Of a stretch of 64,000 nucleotides of DNA, positions 28,601 through 36,807 are shown in pieces. Source of the stretch: Thermoanaerobaculia bacterium (GTDB lineage Bacteria; Acidobacteriota; Thermoanaerobaculia; Gp7-AA8); assembly GCA_035546335.1 (NCBI GenBank), contig DATKDP010000106.1, forward strand, positions 85,311 to 149,310, written 5' to 3'. The position numbers were made by a program, and so were the translations under genes. Below the pieces are notes generated by a model that was given only the letters and a program-made list of their open reading frames with translations, was not told where the DNA came from and ran no database searches. The stretch's first letter is position 1, and each line of letters starts with the position of its first letter.

Positions 28601-28870
28601 CTGCGACAGCCCGGGACGGGAAACCGAGGTGAGCCGCTTGACTCCGGTGACGATGCCGACCACCTCTTCGACGGGGCGGGTGACGAGCGTTTCGACCTCG
28701 GCGGGTGCGGCTCCGGGGAATCGCGTCTCGACCGTGAGCGAGGGATAGGAGATATCGGGGAGAAGATTGATCGGCAGCCGCTGGAACGAGACGATGCCGA
28801 ACATCACGAGTGCGACCGCGCACATCGAGACCGTGACGCGACGGCGCAGTGAGAAATCGATCAGCTTCAT
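25601..28870 (-). CDS. RND (HAE1-type) multidrug efflux permease, first pump of tandem pair
   Basis: 1089 aa. MKLIDFSLRRRVTVSMCAVALVMFG. AcrB-like architecture. Confidence 0.9.
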   Translation of the reverse strand: MKLIDFSLRRRVTVSMCAVALVMFGIVSFQRLPINLLPDISYPSLTVETRFPGAAPAEVETLVTRPVEEVVGIVTGVKRLTSVSRPGLSQVTLEFDWGRDMDFAALDVRQKLDLLTLPRESDKPVLLRFDPANDPVVRLYVTGTDNLYQLRYVAEEVLKKDLESTEGVAAIKVNGGFEDEIQVRVDEGKLSLMGLAIGDVNQKLRRENVNQAGGSLYEKEARYLVRSKNEFVDLQDIMDTVLVTRDGRNVMMSDVAEVIRSHKQREVITRFGGKEAAELAIYKEGDANIVSVARSLQQRLDRVKKELPEGIEVVTGVDQSRFIRASVDEVLSNALLGGAIAIIVLLFFLKHVRSTVIVGISIPISVVATFFLMYQTGTTLNIMSLGGLALGVGMLVDNAIVVLESIFKKREAGADSIEAANTGASEVGMAVVASTLTTVAVFLPVVFLEGIAAQLFKDQALTVSFSLIASLAVSLTLIPMMAALAGRRSESTDEEPGAGEAGRMRRFGRAVFVSFPAGVVRLVRWLLRHALRGVSFAVRPLSRGFDKGLSSLAALYPRLLDWSLRSRAIVIGVVAILFAVALLTAPRLGLDLIPSFTQGEFHFQVDFPEGTPLEATDRFIQNVQSVLEGEDLVGSWSTIAGSAGLSLSNTGTEGENSARIQVQMKPGSSSADEEKVIGEVRSQLESFGSARYKFERPTYFTFRTPIEVEVYGDNLEEIREVSRSLKADIEKIGGLVDVKSSADAGNPELQVRFRREHLAQLGLDLSQVAETVRSKVQGEVATRFTQGDREIDILVRSVDVGTASVTDVNEMIIGQIEGRPIFLASVADVLLTEGPSEVRRIGQKRAVVISGNLSGRNMASVAADVRGIIAAASYPAGVTATLSGQEEEMRRSIRSLLMAMALAIFLVYLVMASQFESFLHPFVIIFTLPLGAIGVIGALAISGRSISIVAMIGMVMLAGIVVNNAIVLIDAVNQLRRSGVPRNEALLRAGSMRLRPILMTSMTTILGLLPMALGLGEGAELRSPLAITVIGGLTVATMLTLIVIPVVYSLLDRKKYPADLEAASRVEHPEGSTEPWTAPAMQSEPGTAG

Positions 28871-28894
28871 GGTTTCTTCTCCCGCAGGCTCGAA

Positions 28895-30070
28895 TCAGAA
28901 CTCGAGGATCGCTGCGACCGTCTTCGGCTGTACCTTGATGAGCGAGCCGTCCTTGAGTCCTCCCTGGCCGGCGACGATCACCTGATCGCCCGCCTGAAGG
29001 CCGGAGGTCACTTCGATGAAATCGCCTTCCTCGATTCCGAGCGAGACGGCGCGTCGCTCGGCGACATCTCCCTTGACGATGAATACGTGCGCGTCACGAA
29101 GTTCGCGGATCACCGCCTCACGGGGGAGCAACAGCGCTTTCGGCCTGGTCTCACGAACGACGTCGACGGTGACGAATGCTCCCGGCCGGACCCCTGCCGG
29201 AGGCTTCACCGCCTCGATGGTCACTTTCACAGTACCGGTGGCGGTATCGACCACGGGACTGATCTGCCGGATTCGTCCGGCAAAGGTCGTCGCCTCGTCC
29301 GCCTTCAGGCGGATCCGCACCTCACGCCCCTGCGTCAATGCGACGACGTCACGCTCGGGCAGATAGATACGGGCGATCAGCGGATCGAAATCAGTGATCG
29401 TGAAGAGCGGGTCGCCGATTCGGACGTGCTGGCCCTGACTGATCATCCGGTCGGTCACCTTGCCGCCGAACGGCGAACGGATGAGAGTCTTGCCGAGTCG
29501 CCACTGCGCCTCGGCGAGCTCCTGTTCGGCGACGCGCTTTTCCAGGAACGTCTTGTCGTGATCGCTCTGGCTCAGCAGCCCTTTGCCGAGCATGTCGCTC
29601 GCTCGGTTGTGAGCGAGCTGGGCATTCTGATTGCGGACTTTCGCCTTGGTCAGGGCGATCTCGGCGTCGTCACGAGCCAGCGCCGCGACCGGCTGTCCCT
29701 GCGAGACCATGGCGCCTTCCTCGACCATCAGCCGCGCGACTCGTCCCTCGGCCTCGGCGATGATCTTCACCTCGTTTTCGGCGACCAGATTCGCGGTCGA
29801 CGAGATGTAGGAAGAGATCGTTGCGAGGGTGACGGGCTGGACGCTCACCGGCACGGGAGTCTTCTCCTTCTCCTTGCCGGCGTCCTTCCCCTTCTTCGCT
29901 GCGCCGCCGGCTGCCCCGGTAGCGACCGCCGAGGCCGTCTTGTCTTCGGGCTTCTTTTTTTTGGTCGACAGGTAGATTCCTGTCGAAATCGCAGCAATGA
30001 GAGCCAACACCACGAGTGTCGGCACGACATACCGCTGCCGGTCGAAGAAGCTGACCATGTGAGCCTCCAT
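28895..30070 (-). CDS. RND efflux periplasmic adaptor (membrane fusion protein, HlyD family)
   Basis: N-terminal TM anchor, Lys/Ala-rich linker, biotinyl-lipoyl / alpha-hairpin / beta-barrel domain order. Lies directly upstream of the two RND permeases. Confidence 0.85.
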   Translation of the reverse strand: MEAHMVSFFDRQRYVVPTLVVLALIAAISTGIYLSTKKKKPEDKTASAVATGAAGGAAKKGKDAGKEKEKTPVPVSVQPVTLATISSYISSTANLVAENEVKIIAEAEGRVARLMVEEGAMVSQGQPVAALARDDAEIALTKAKVRNQNAQLAHNRASDMLGKGLLSQSDHDKTFLEKRVAEQELAEAQWRLGKTLIRSPFGGKVTDRMISQGQHVRIGDPLFTITDFDPLIARIYLPERDVVALTQGREVRIRLKADEATTFAGRIRQISPVVDTATGTVKVTIEAVKPPAGVRPGAFVTVDVVRETRPKALLLPREAVIRELRDAHVFIVKGDVAERRAVSLGIEEGDFIEVTSGLQAGDQVIVAGQGGLKDGSLIKVQPKTVAAILEF

Positions 30071-30271
30071 ACCAAACCTCCTGCAACAACGAGCTGACTG
30101 TCGATTCTGCGTGGTTGTACGGGAGATCGGAACGATGGTTTACAAAATCGAAAAATGTTTCGAGCTGCCCCCTGAAGCGCCGGGTCCCGTTCGGAGAACA
30201 ACGAACGGCGGCGTTTGTTTCACGGGGCAGGGAATGTGCAGCCGCCCCTGGGGAGAAACGAGGAGGAGACG

Positions 30272-30508
30272 ATGGCACGGTGTGAGGTTTGTGGCAACGA
30301 CTACGACAAGGCGTTTCAGGTGATCGCCGCGGGCGAGCAGCATACGTTCGACAGCTTCGAGTGCGCGATCCACCGGATGGCTCCGATCTGCGAGCACTGC
30401 GGCTGCAAGGTGATCGGACACGGCATCGAGTCCGAAGGGCGCTTCTTCTGCTGCGCCGAATGCGCCCGGCAGTCGGGGGTCAAGGGTGCGCGCGACCGGG
30501 TGGATTGA
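30272..30508 (+). CDS. small cysteine-rich metal-binding protein (8 Cys, CxxC...C..H...CxxC..CC..C), function unknown
   Basis: 78 aa from ATG 30272 (GAGGAGGA RBS 6 nt upstream). MARCEVCGNDYDKAFQV...CEHCGCKVIGHG...FCCAECAR. Confidence 0.5.
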   Translation: MARCEVCGNDYDKAFQVIAAGEQHTFDSFECAIHRMAPICEHCGCKVIGHGIESEGRFFCCAECARQSGVKGARDRVD

Positions 30509-30559
30509 TCAGCGCGGTCGTTCGCGGATGTCGGTGCGCGCCAGCGATGGCGAGGACGC

Positions 30560-30632
30560 ACAACCCCCGACCGAGCGTCCCGATCGCTCACCCCGTCGCC
30601 CGCCACCAGGCCGAAGATCGGAATCTTCGGGC
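30560..30632. repeat. terminator-like hairpin repeat GGCCGAAGAT(T/C)(C/G)GA(T/A)TCTTCGGCC plus ~45-bp flank, copy 1 (minus orientation)
   Basis: Reverse complement aligns at about 85% identity over ~65 bp with 63555..63612, immediately 3' of nuoF. Confidence 0.6.
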
Positions 30633-30662
30633 ACTCCCAGAGTGGCTGGACGCCGGACCCGC

Positions 30663-30791
30663 TCACTGCCCCCGCGCGATCTCGTAGCCGTGGTTTTCCC
30701 AGGCGGTCATTCCGCCGCGGAGGGTCGCAACATCGGTGAATCCGGCCTGCTTGAGCTTCAGCGCCGCACGGGCGCTCGATTCTTCGGCCGG
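30663..30791 (-). other. in-frame continuation of the rhodanese domain after an internal TGA (42 codons: PAEESSARAALKLKQAGFTDVATLRGGMTAWENHGYEIARGQ)
   Basis: Translation read directly from the reverse complement. The segment is a canonical rhodanese C-terminus and ends at a second stop (30663-30665) that is followed by the hairpin repeat. Confidence 0.6.
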
Positions 30792-31274
30792 TCACGTACA
30801 GTACGTGACGATTTTCTTGTCACGCGGAAGTTCGGACATCCGGAACGGCAACTGCGTCTCGGTGATGTCCAGAGCTCCCCTGATGTGCTTGGTGTAGTAC
30901 GAAGGTCCTCTCACGTCGATGATCACCACGTTTCCCTGGTCGACATGCCGCTTGAGCTCGTCGGGGTCGATTCGCGGGATCTCTGCGAGTGCCGTCTCCA
31001 TCGGCACGAGAGGCGCCGCGGCCTGCTTCTGATTCTGAGTGATGATGATCGGCGACTGCGGGACCTGAGCAGTCGTGGTCGCCGGTTGCCGGGCAGTGTC
31101 GGTTGCAGTTGCGAGCGGTTCAGAGGGCATGACAGGCGGGGGAGGAAGCTGTGTGGCGGTCGGCGGCGTGAGGGGAGTCTGCTCGGTCGCGACCTGAGAT
31201 GTCGACTCCGAGCGACAACCCGCGAGGACGATCGCGAGGAGAAGCGATACGAGGGTATGGATCATCAGTCTCAT
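30792..31274 (-). CDS. rhodanese-domain lipoprotein, interrupted by in-frame TGA immediately after the active-site Cys (…KKIVTYCT*)
   Basis: Signal peptide plus lipobox (LLAIVLAGC). Pro/Thr-rich linker. Rhodanese fold (VVIIDVRGPSYYTKHIRGALDI...KKIVTYC). GGAGA RBS. Confidence 0.6.
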   Translation of the reverse strand: MRLMIHTLVSLLLAIVLAGCRSESTSQVATEQTPLTPPTATQLPPPPVMPSEPLATATDTARQPATTTAQVPQSPIIITQNQKQAAAPLVPMETALAEIPRIDPDELKRHVDQGNVVIIDVRGPSYYTKHIRGALDITETQLPFRMSELPRDKKIVTYCT

Positions 31275-31382
31275 TCAGTCTCCATGTGAATCTGAAATCT
31301 GCGCAAGTATAGAAGAAAAGTGGAGGATCGGCATCGGCCTGGCGGATGAGGGAAGGAACCGGTCGCTGTATACTTCGCTTCG

Positions 31383-33113
31383 ATGGTTCGCCTCCGCTCC
31401 CTCTCCGCAATCCTTTTGGTCGTGGTCGCTATTCCCGCGGCGCTCCTGGTCCACTCGCTTCTGGCCGAACCCTCGTCGTTGAAGACCCAGCCGGTGCAGG
31501 CGGCGCTGCGCGGGATTGCCGCCCACACGATGAAGGCACACCTCCACTTTCTGGCGGACGATCTTCTCGAGGGACGGGGGACGGGCTCGCGAGGCTACGA
31601 TCTCGCTTCCCTCTATGTCGCGGCAGAGCTCGAGAAGCTCGGTCTGCGGCCCGCCGGAGCCGATGGCTCGTTCTTTCAACAGGTTCCCCTCCTGCATGCC
31701 ACGACCGATCAATCTCGCTCGTCGCTGAGCCTGCGGAGGGGAGAGAACAGGTCCTCTCTCACCTACGGACAGGAATACCTTCTCACGCCCGATTTCCAGC
31801 GGCAGCGGGTGGAGGTGGCAGCCCCGGTCGTTTTCGTCGGATTCGGTGTCAGCGCGCCGGAGATCGGATATGACGACTATGAGGGAGTCGATGTCGACGG
31901 AAGAGTCGTCATGTTCCTTTCCGGTGGACCTCCTTCACTACCGATCGACGAGCGGGCTCATTTCAGCTCGAGCGCCTCGAAGGAAGGAGTGGCCGCGGCG
32001 CGGGGAGCCATCGGAACGATCACGGCGCGAGTCAGAGACGACGAGGGAGATCCCGAGCGGTCGTGGAGTCGATCGGTCCGGCAGGCGGCGATCGGCGCGA
32101 TGCGATGGATCGACGAGGATGGTTCTCCGAGGTCCACGCGTCCGGAGCTGCGTGCTCATGTCAGTGTCAACGAGAAAGGCGCCGCGGCACTGCTGGAGGG
32201 CTCACCACTCACCGTCGCCGACCTGCGGCGCTTCCGCAAGGATGGAGGCGCACAGTCGATGGCACTGACCACGAGCATCGAGGTGACGACCGTGAGCGAT
32301 CACGCCCGGTTGACGAGCCGAAACGTTCTCGCGCTCCTCGAGGGATCGGACGAAAAACTCCGCGATGATCACGTCGTCTACTCGGCGCATCTCGATCACA
32401 TCGGCATCACGCCGCCGGTCGACGGCGATTCGATCAACAACGGCGCACTCGACAACGCGGGGGGCGTCGCCGCGTTGTTGACCATCGCACGAGCTTTCAC
32501 TGCCCTTCCGGAGCCCCCTGCGCGATCGATCCTCTTTCTCGCCGTCACGGCCGAGGAGCGGGGGCTGCGCGGATCGGACTATTTCGCCCATCACCCGACG
32601 ATCCCGATCGAGCGGATCGCCGCGAACATCAACCTCGACGGCTTTCTGATGCTCTATCCGATCTCCGATGTCATCGCGACGGGAATCGAGCATTCGACCC
32701 TTTCGGGCGACGTGGCCGTTGCCGCCGCCGAGCTCGGGCTCGAGGTCACACCCGATCCGCGCCCCGAAGAGGTCATCTTCGTGCGGAGTGACCACTACTC
32801 CTTCGTGAGGCAGGGCATTCCCTCGATCTTCATCAGCGGGTCGACGAGAAGCAGCGATCCGACGAGGGATGCGAGCGAGGTCACGCGCGCATGGTTTCGC
32901 GAGATCTATCACACACCGAAGGACGATCTCGACCAGCAGATCGACTACGAGACCGCAGTGAAGTTCGCACAGCTCAACTTCATGATCGGATACGGCGTGG
33001 CGAACAAGGCACGACGCCCTGCCTGGTATCGGGGCGATTTCTTCGGTGAGATGTTCGGAAAGAGCCGTGCGACCGCGAGGCCGCCGTCACGAACGGCGGA
33101 AGCACGAGATTGA
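31383..33113 (+). CDS. M28 family zinc aminopeptidase with PA domain (secreted)
   Basis: Signal peptide. PA-domain region followed by M28 signatures (HLDHIG...GALDNAGGVA...TAEERGLRGS...DHYSF). Confidence 0.75.
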   Translation: MVRLRSLSAILLVVVAIPAALLVHSLLAEPSSLKTQPVQAALRGIAAHTMKAHLHFLADDLLEGRGTGSRGYDLASLYVAAELEKLGLRPAGADGSFFQQVPLLHATTDQSRSSLSLRRGENRSSLTYGQEYLLTPDFQRQRVEVAAPVVFVGFGVSAPEIGYDDYEGVDVDGRVVMFLSGGPPSLPIDERAHFSSSASKEGVAAARGAIGTITARVRDDEGDPERSWSRSVRQAAIGAMRWIDEDGSPRSTRPELRAHVSVNEKGAAALLEGSPLTVADLRRFRKDGGAQSMALTTSIEVTTVSDHARLTSRNVLALLEGSDEKLRDDHVVYSAHLDHIGITPPVDGDSINNGALDNAGGVAALLTIARAFTALPEPPARSILFLAVTAEERGLRGSDYFAHHPTIPIERIAANINLDGFLMLYPISDVIATGIEHSTLSGDVAVAAAELGLEVTPDPRPEEVIFVRSDHYSFVRQGIPSIFISGSTRSSDPTRDASEVTRAWFREIYHTPKDDLDQQIDYETAVKFAQLNFMIGYGVANKARRPAWYRGDFFGEMFGKSRATARPPSRTAEARD

Positions 33114-33176
33114 CGTAGCGAGATTCCGAATGCTGAATCGGTGAGGCATGGGCGAATCGATACGCTCCGTTGAGCG

Positions 33177-33551
33177 TCAGCGCGTCGCGACTGCGGTGAC
33201 CAGCTCTCGCACTCTCTCCGCGTCGAAGGGCTTGGCGAGAAAGTCGTCGGCACCGCACTCGGTGGCGGTGGCCCGCGTTTCCACCGAGTCGTCGCCGGTC
33301 ATGATGACGATGTGAGCGCGGCTGCCGTCGGGTCGCCGGCGGAACTTCTGACAGAGGCGGAAGCCGCCGTAATAGGGGAGGATCAGATCGAGCAGAATCA
33401 CGTCGTAGTCGTTCTTCTCCGCGAGCTTGATCGCTTCCTCGCCGGTCCCTGCCTCATGAACCTCGAAGCCGCTGTTGCGCAGAAAAAGGCGCAGGAGTCT
33501 GCGGATGTGAACGTCGTCATCGACGACGAGAAGTTTTCGCGGTTCGTTCAT
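33177..33551 (-). CDS. single-domain response regulator (CheY-like receiver)
   Basis: Start MNEPRKLLVVDDD (cat 33549-33551). Conserved Asp pocket and phospho-acceptor D in ILLDLILP. Confidence 0.8.
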   Translation of the reverse strand: MNEPRKLLVVDDDVHIRRLLRLFLRNSGFEVHEAGTGEEAIKLAEKNDYDVILLDLILPYYGGFRLCQKFRRRPDGSRAHIVIMTGDDSVETRATATECGADDFLAKPFDAERVRELVTAVATR

Positions 33552-33573
33552 CTGACCTGCCCGTCTCGTCACC

Positions 33574-34776
33574 CTACAAGTTTCGTACCGGAGAGCTCCA
33601 GCGCTCGTGGAGTCTGACCAGATCGGCACTCGAGGCACGGGTTCGATCGAGAAGGAAGCGGCCGATCGCGGGCCGGCTCATCGCTCGGAGGGCCGCCTCG
33701 AGAAGGTGGGGGCGAGAGAGAAAAAAAGCCGTCCTGCGGCTCCATCCGATGCGTCCGGCAAAGAACCGGCGGTACTCGCGTGCGTAGGCCCGATCGATCC
33801 GTTTCTGCCGGGTGCTGTTCTCGAGACGTGCCAGAACGAAGGGGGCGGCCAGCAGGGCCGACTGCATTGCCATCGCCATGCCGCTCCCGGTGAGTGGATC
33901 GATCAGGCCGGCGGCATCGCCGACCATCAGAATTCCTCCACACGAGGGCTCCCGAGCGCGAAAGATCACAGGTTCGGACGAAAGAAACGAATCCTGAGCC
34001 GGCGTATGGGAAGCGAAGAGGGCTCCCAGCGGCTGCCGTTCGTGGCCGATCTGCGAGACGAATGCCTCCCACCCTCCCTTCATCCCGGCGAGTCTGCTCG
34101 CGTGAGCCAGCCCGCAGATGTTCGTCAGCCCTCCCTCCACCGAGGAGACGCCGAGATAGCCTCGGCCGAAGGAATGGAGATCGATGACCTGCTCATCGCG
34201 GCTCGAGCGCGGATAGTAATGGCGCTTGAAACCGAAGTAACGTCGCGCCCTGTCAGAAACGAACGAGCGGCCGAGCTGGCGATCGATTCGTCCCCACCGC
34301 CCCCATGCACCGACGAGCACGGCGGCCTCGACGCGAGCGGCGGCATCACCGCGCTGAAGCTCGAGTCGTTGGATGTCCGGGGAGTGCTCGACTCGTACTG
34401 CGCTCCATCCGTCCAACCGCAGCGCGCCCAGCTCCTCGGCGCGCGCGAGGAGCAGATCGTCGAGCGCCATACGCGAGATTCCGCGCGCCGCCGCAGGAAA
34501 CTCGAATTCGAAAGGCCTCGATCCCGCGATGACGCGACATCGGGTGATGTGCGGCGCTCCGAGCACGTCGAGCTGCGGGAGTGCACCGACCAGATCGACG
34601 ATCGGAAGGGCATCCCACGAAAGGAACTCGCCGCAGAGCTTGTCGCGAGGAATGACATCGCGGTCGATGACCGCGACTGCGATACCGCGCGAGGCGAGCA
34701 GAGCAGCCAGGGTCGAGCCGGCAGGTCCTGCACCGATCACGGCGACATCGACGCGAAGGTCCGCGGTCACTTCCAC
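33574..34776 (-). CDS. FAD-dependent oxidoreductase of the geranylgeranyl-reductase family
   Basis: GTG start. VDVAVIGAGPAGS dinucleotide fold. PRDKLCGEFLS resembles the GGR PCGG motif. 10-nt overlap with the upstream methyltransferase gene. Confidence 0.7.
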   Translation of the reverse strand: MEVTADLRVDVAVIGAGPAGSTLAALLASRGIAVAVIDRDVIPRDKLCGEFLSWDALPIVDLVGALPQLDVLGAPHITRCRVIAGSRPFEFEFPAAARGISRMALDDLLLARAEELGALRLDGWSAVRVEHSPDIQRLELQRGDAAARVEAAVLVGAWGRWGRIDRQLGRSFVSDRARRYFGFKRHYYPRSSRDEQVIDLHSFGRGYLGVSSVEGGLTNICGLAHASRLAGMKGGWEAFVSQIGHERQPLGALFASHTPAQDSFLSSEPVIFRAREPSCGGILMVGDAAGLIDPLTGSGMAMAMQSALLAAPFVLARLENSTRQKRIDRAYAREYRRFFAGRIGWSRRTAFFLSRPHLLEAALRAMSRPAIGRFLLDRTRASSADLVRLHERWSSPVRNL

Positions 34777-35441
34777 AGAAGCAGTCCGAAGCGGTAGGGC
34801 CAGAGGCGAATTACTTTCGAGCGAGAGGCTACGGTCCTGCGCGCGATGTCACTCGCCTCCTGCGTCGTGAATCCGCGCAGAACCGATGCCGGGGCATCGA
34901 AGCGGGTGATCGTACCGACCAGGCGCAGCATGCCCAGCAGGCGGACGACGAGCAGCGGAACCAAGTGGCGTCTCGTGTCGTTCACTACGACTCCCCGTTT
35001 CGACACGCGAAGCGACTCATCGAGGAGACTGACGTTCTGCTCCGGCGTGAAGTGATGAAAGAAGTGCGCGGAGGTGATCAGATCGACGGAGCCGTCCCGA
35101 AACGGCAGGTGCAGGGCATCACCGACGATGCGATCGACCGCAGCTCCGCCCAGCTCCCGGCCATAGAGGAGATGCTCGAGCTTCACGTCCAGACCAATAC
35201 GCCGGATTGGTCCGTCGCGAAGCGAGGCGAGCAGATCGGATGTGCCCGTGCCCAGGTCGAGAATCGTTTCGGGTGGCGGGTTGCCGAAAGCTCGGAGGAG
35301 CCGGCGGTAGACGGCGATTCCGCCCATCCAGCGGTTGAATCTCCGGAGGTCGCGCAGCGAGCGAAGCGTTTCTCGCCGAGGAGCATCGACCGCATCGAGC
35401 ATCTCTTCGGTGTCGACGCGGAGAGGAACGAACAAGGGCAC
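34767..35441 (-). CDS. class I SAM-dependent methyltransferase
   Basis: ILDLGTGTSDL (motif I) ... RIGLDV ... VDLITSAHFFHHF. GTG start 11 nt downstream of the KAS stop. Confidence 0.7.
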   Translation of the reverse strand: MPLFVPLRVDTEEMLDAVDAPRRETLRSLRDLRRFNRWMGGIAVYRRLLRAFGNPPPETILDLGTGTSDLLASLRDGPIRRIGLDVKLEHLLYGRELGGAAVDRIVGDALHLPFRDGSVDLITSAHFFHHFTPEQNVSLLDESLRVSKRGVVVNDTRRHLVPLLVVRLLGMLRLVGTITRFDAPASVLRGFTTQEASDIARRTVASRSKVIRLWPYRFGLLLWK

Positions 35442-35451
35442 GTCGCCTCCT

Positions 35452-36711
35452 TCACCGTGGCTCGATGCTCTTGAGCACGAGCGCGGAGTTCTTCGAGCCG
35501 AAGGCGATGGTGTTGCAGACGGCGGTGTCGACCGAAGCGCGTCGTCCGATCTCGGGCACGTAATCGAGATCGCACTCGGGGTCGAAGGTCTCGAGATTGA
35601 TCGTCGGTGGAAGGATGCCGTCGCGGAAAGCCATCAGCGTCGCAGCCACACCCGCAGCTCCGCATGCTCCCTGCGGATGTCCGATCATCGATTTGGTTGC
35701 CGATCCTGGGAGTGATCGCGCATGCCCGCCGAAGGCGAGCTTCACGGCCCTCGTCTCGATTCGATCGTTCAGATCGGTCGACGTCCCGTGATAGTTGATG
35801 TAGCCGACGCGCTGCGGATCGATCCCCGCTTCCCGCATGGCGAGCTTCATCGCGCGAGCAGGCTCCTCTCCCGATTCCTCGAGGCGCACGCGATGGTGTG
35901 CGTCGCACGTCGAACCGTATCCGGCGATCTCGGCATAGATGTGCGCACCCCGCCGTCTCGCAGTCTCTTCCCTCTCCATCACGAACATCCACGATCCCTC
36001 GGAGAGGACGAAGCCGTCGCGGTCCCGGGCGAACGGGCGCGACGCCGCTTCAGGACTGTCGTTGAACGAAGTCGAGACGATCCTCATGATGCAGAAGCCG
36101 GTCATCACCCCTTCAGTGATCGTCGAATCGGCTCCTCCTGCGAGGATGTAGTCGGCGACTCCGAGCTTCAGATTCCGAAACGCGTAGCCGATCGCGTCGG
36201 TCGACGACGTGCATCCGGTCGAGATCAGATGCGAAAACCCGTGAAGGTCCCACACCATCGAGATCTCGGAGGCGATCGTTCCGATCGTGCCCGAGGGGAT
36301 CGAATAGACAGAGGCCTGTTTTGCTCGACCCGCGTACCAAAGCTCGTACATCCGCTCGCTGAACTCGACGGCGCCTCCGCCCGACCCGAGGAGCACGCCG
36401 AAGGCGCGCCGCTCTTCGAGATCGAGTGCGCGAGGATCGAGCAGGGCATCGCGCAGTGCTTCGTCGCAGGCGGCGATGGCCATCGGGACGACCCGCGAGA
36501 CGTGCTTCAGATTCTTCGAATCGACCCATCCATTCGGGTCGAACTCGGTGATCTCTCCGGCGATCCGGCAGGTGAGCCCCGCCGTATCGAATTGAGAAAT
36601 GCGGCGGATTCCCGACTTTCCGTTCGCAAGGGCGGAGAAGTAATTCTCCCGACCGATCCCGTTGGGGCTGACAGCGCCAACACCGGTGATGACGATTCTG
36701 CCGTTGTCCAT
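35452..36711 (-). CDS. beta-ketoacyl-ACP synthase II-like condensing enzyme (FabF/KAS family)
   Basis: Start MDNGRIVITGVGAVSP (cat 36709-36711). Cys-His-His triad context (STGCTSSTDA; HGTST; GHPQGACG). Confidence 0.8.
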   Translation of the reverse strand: MDNGRIVITGVGAVSPNGIGRENYFSALANGKSGIRRISQFDTAGLTCRIAGEITEFDPNGWVDSKNLKHVSRVVPMAIAACDEALRDALLDPRALDLEERRAFGVLLGSGGGAVEFSERMYELWYAGRAKQASVYSIPSGTIGTIASEISMVWDLHGFSHLISTGCTSSTDAIGYAFRNLKLGVADYILAGGADSTITEGVMTGFCIMRIVSTSFNDSPEAASRPFARDRDGFVLSEGSWMFVMEREETARRRGAHIYAEIAGYGSTCDAHHRVRLEESGEEPARAMKLAMREAGIDPQRVGYINYHGTSTDLNDRIETRAVKLAFGGHARSLPGSATKSMIGHPQGACGAAGVAATLMAFRDGILPPTINLETFDPECDLDYVPEIGRRASVDTAVCNTIAFGSKNSALVLKSIEPR

Positions 36712-36807
36712 GTCCTGGGCTGTACCGCGGCGTGATGGTACCATCTCTTTCGGTTGCGGTGACGGCAGCAGACGGCACAGCGTCCGCCGGCCGCAGAGGT
36801 GATATCG

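Noticed and set aside
22793-28852. Multiple long ORFs on both strands overlapping the two RND permease genes (e.g. 23293..25356 +, 24194..25585 -, 25572..27299 -, 27065..28852 +)
   Set aside because: The RND genes are unambiguous and fill the region. The overlapping frames are low-complexity (R/G/D/E-rich) artefacts of 68% GC.
30316-30795. 159-aa minus-strand ORF overlapping the rhodanese tail (MTGRRIERPCGAEAQ...)
   Set aside because: Alternative frame of the same DNA. The in-frame continuation (PAEESSARAALKLKQAGF…) carries the genuine rhodanese motifs, and this frame does not.
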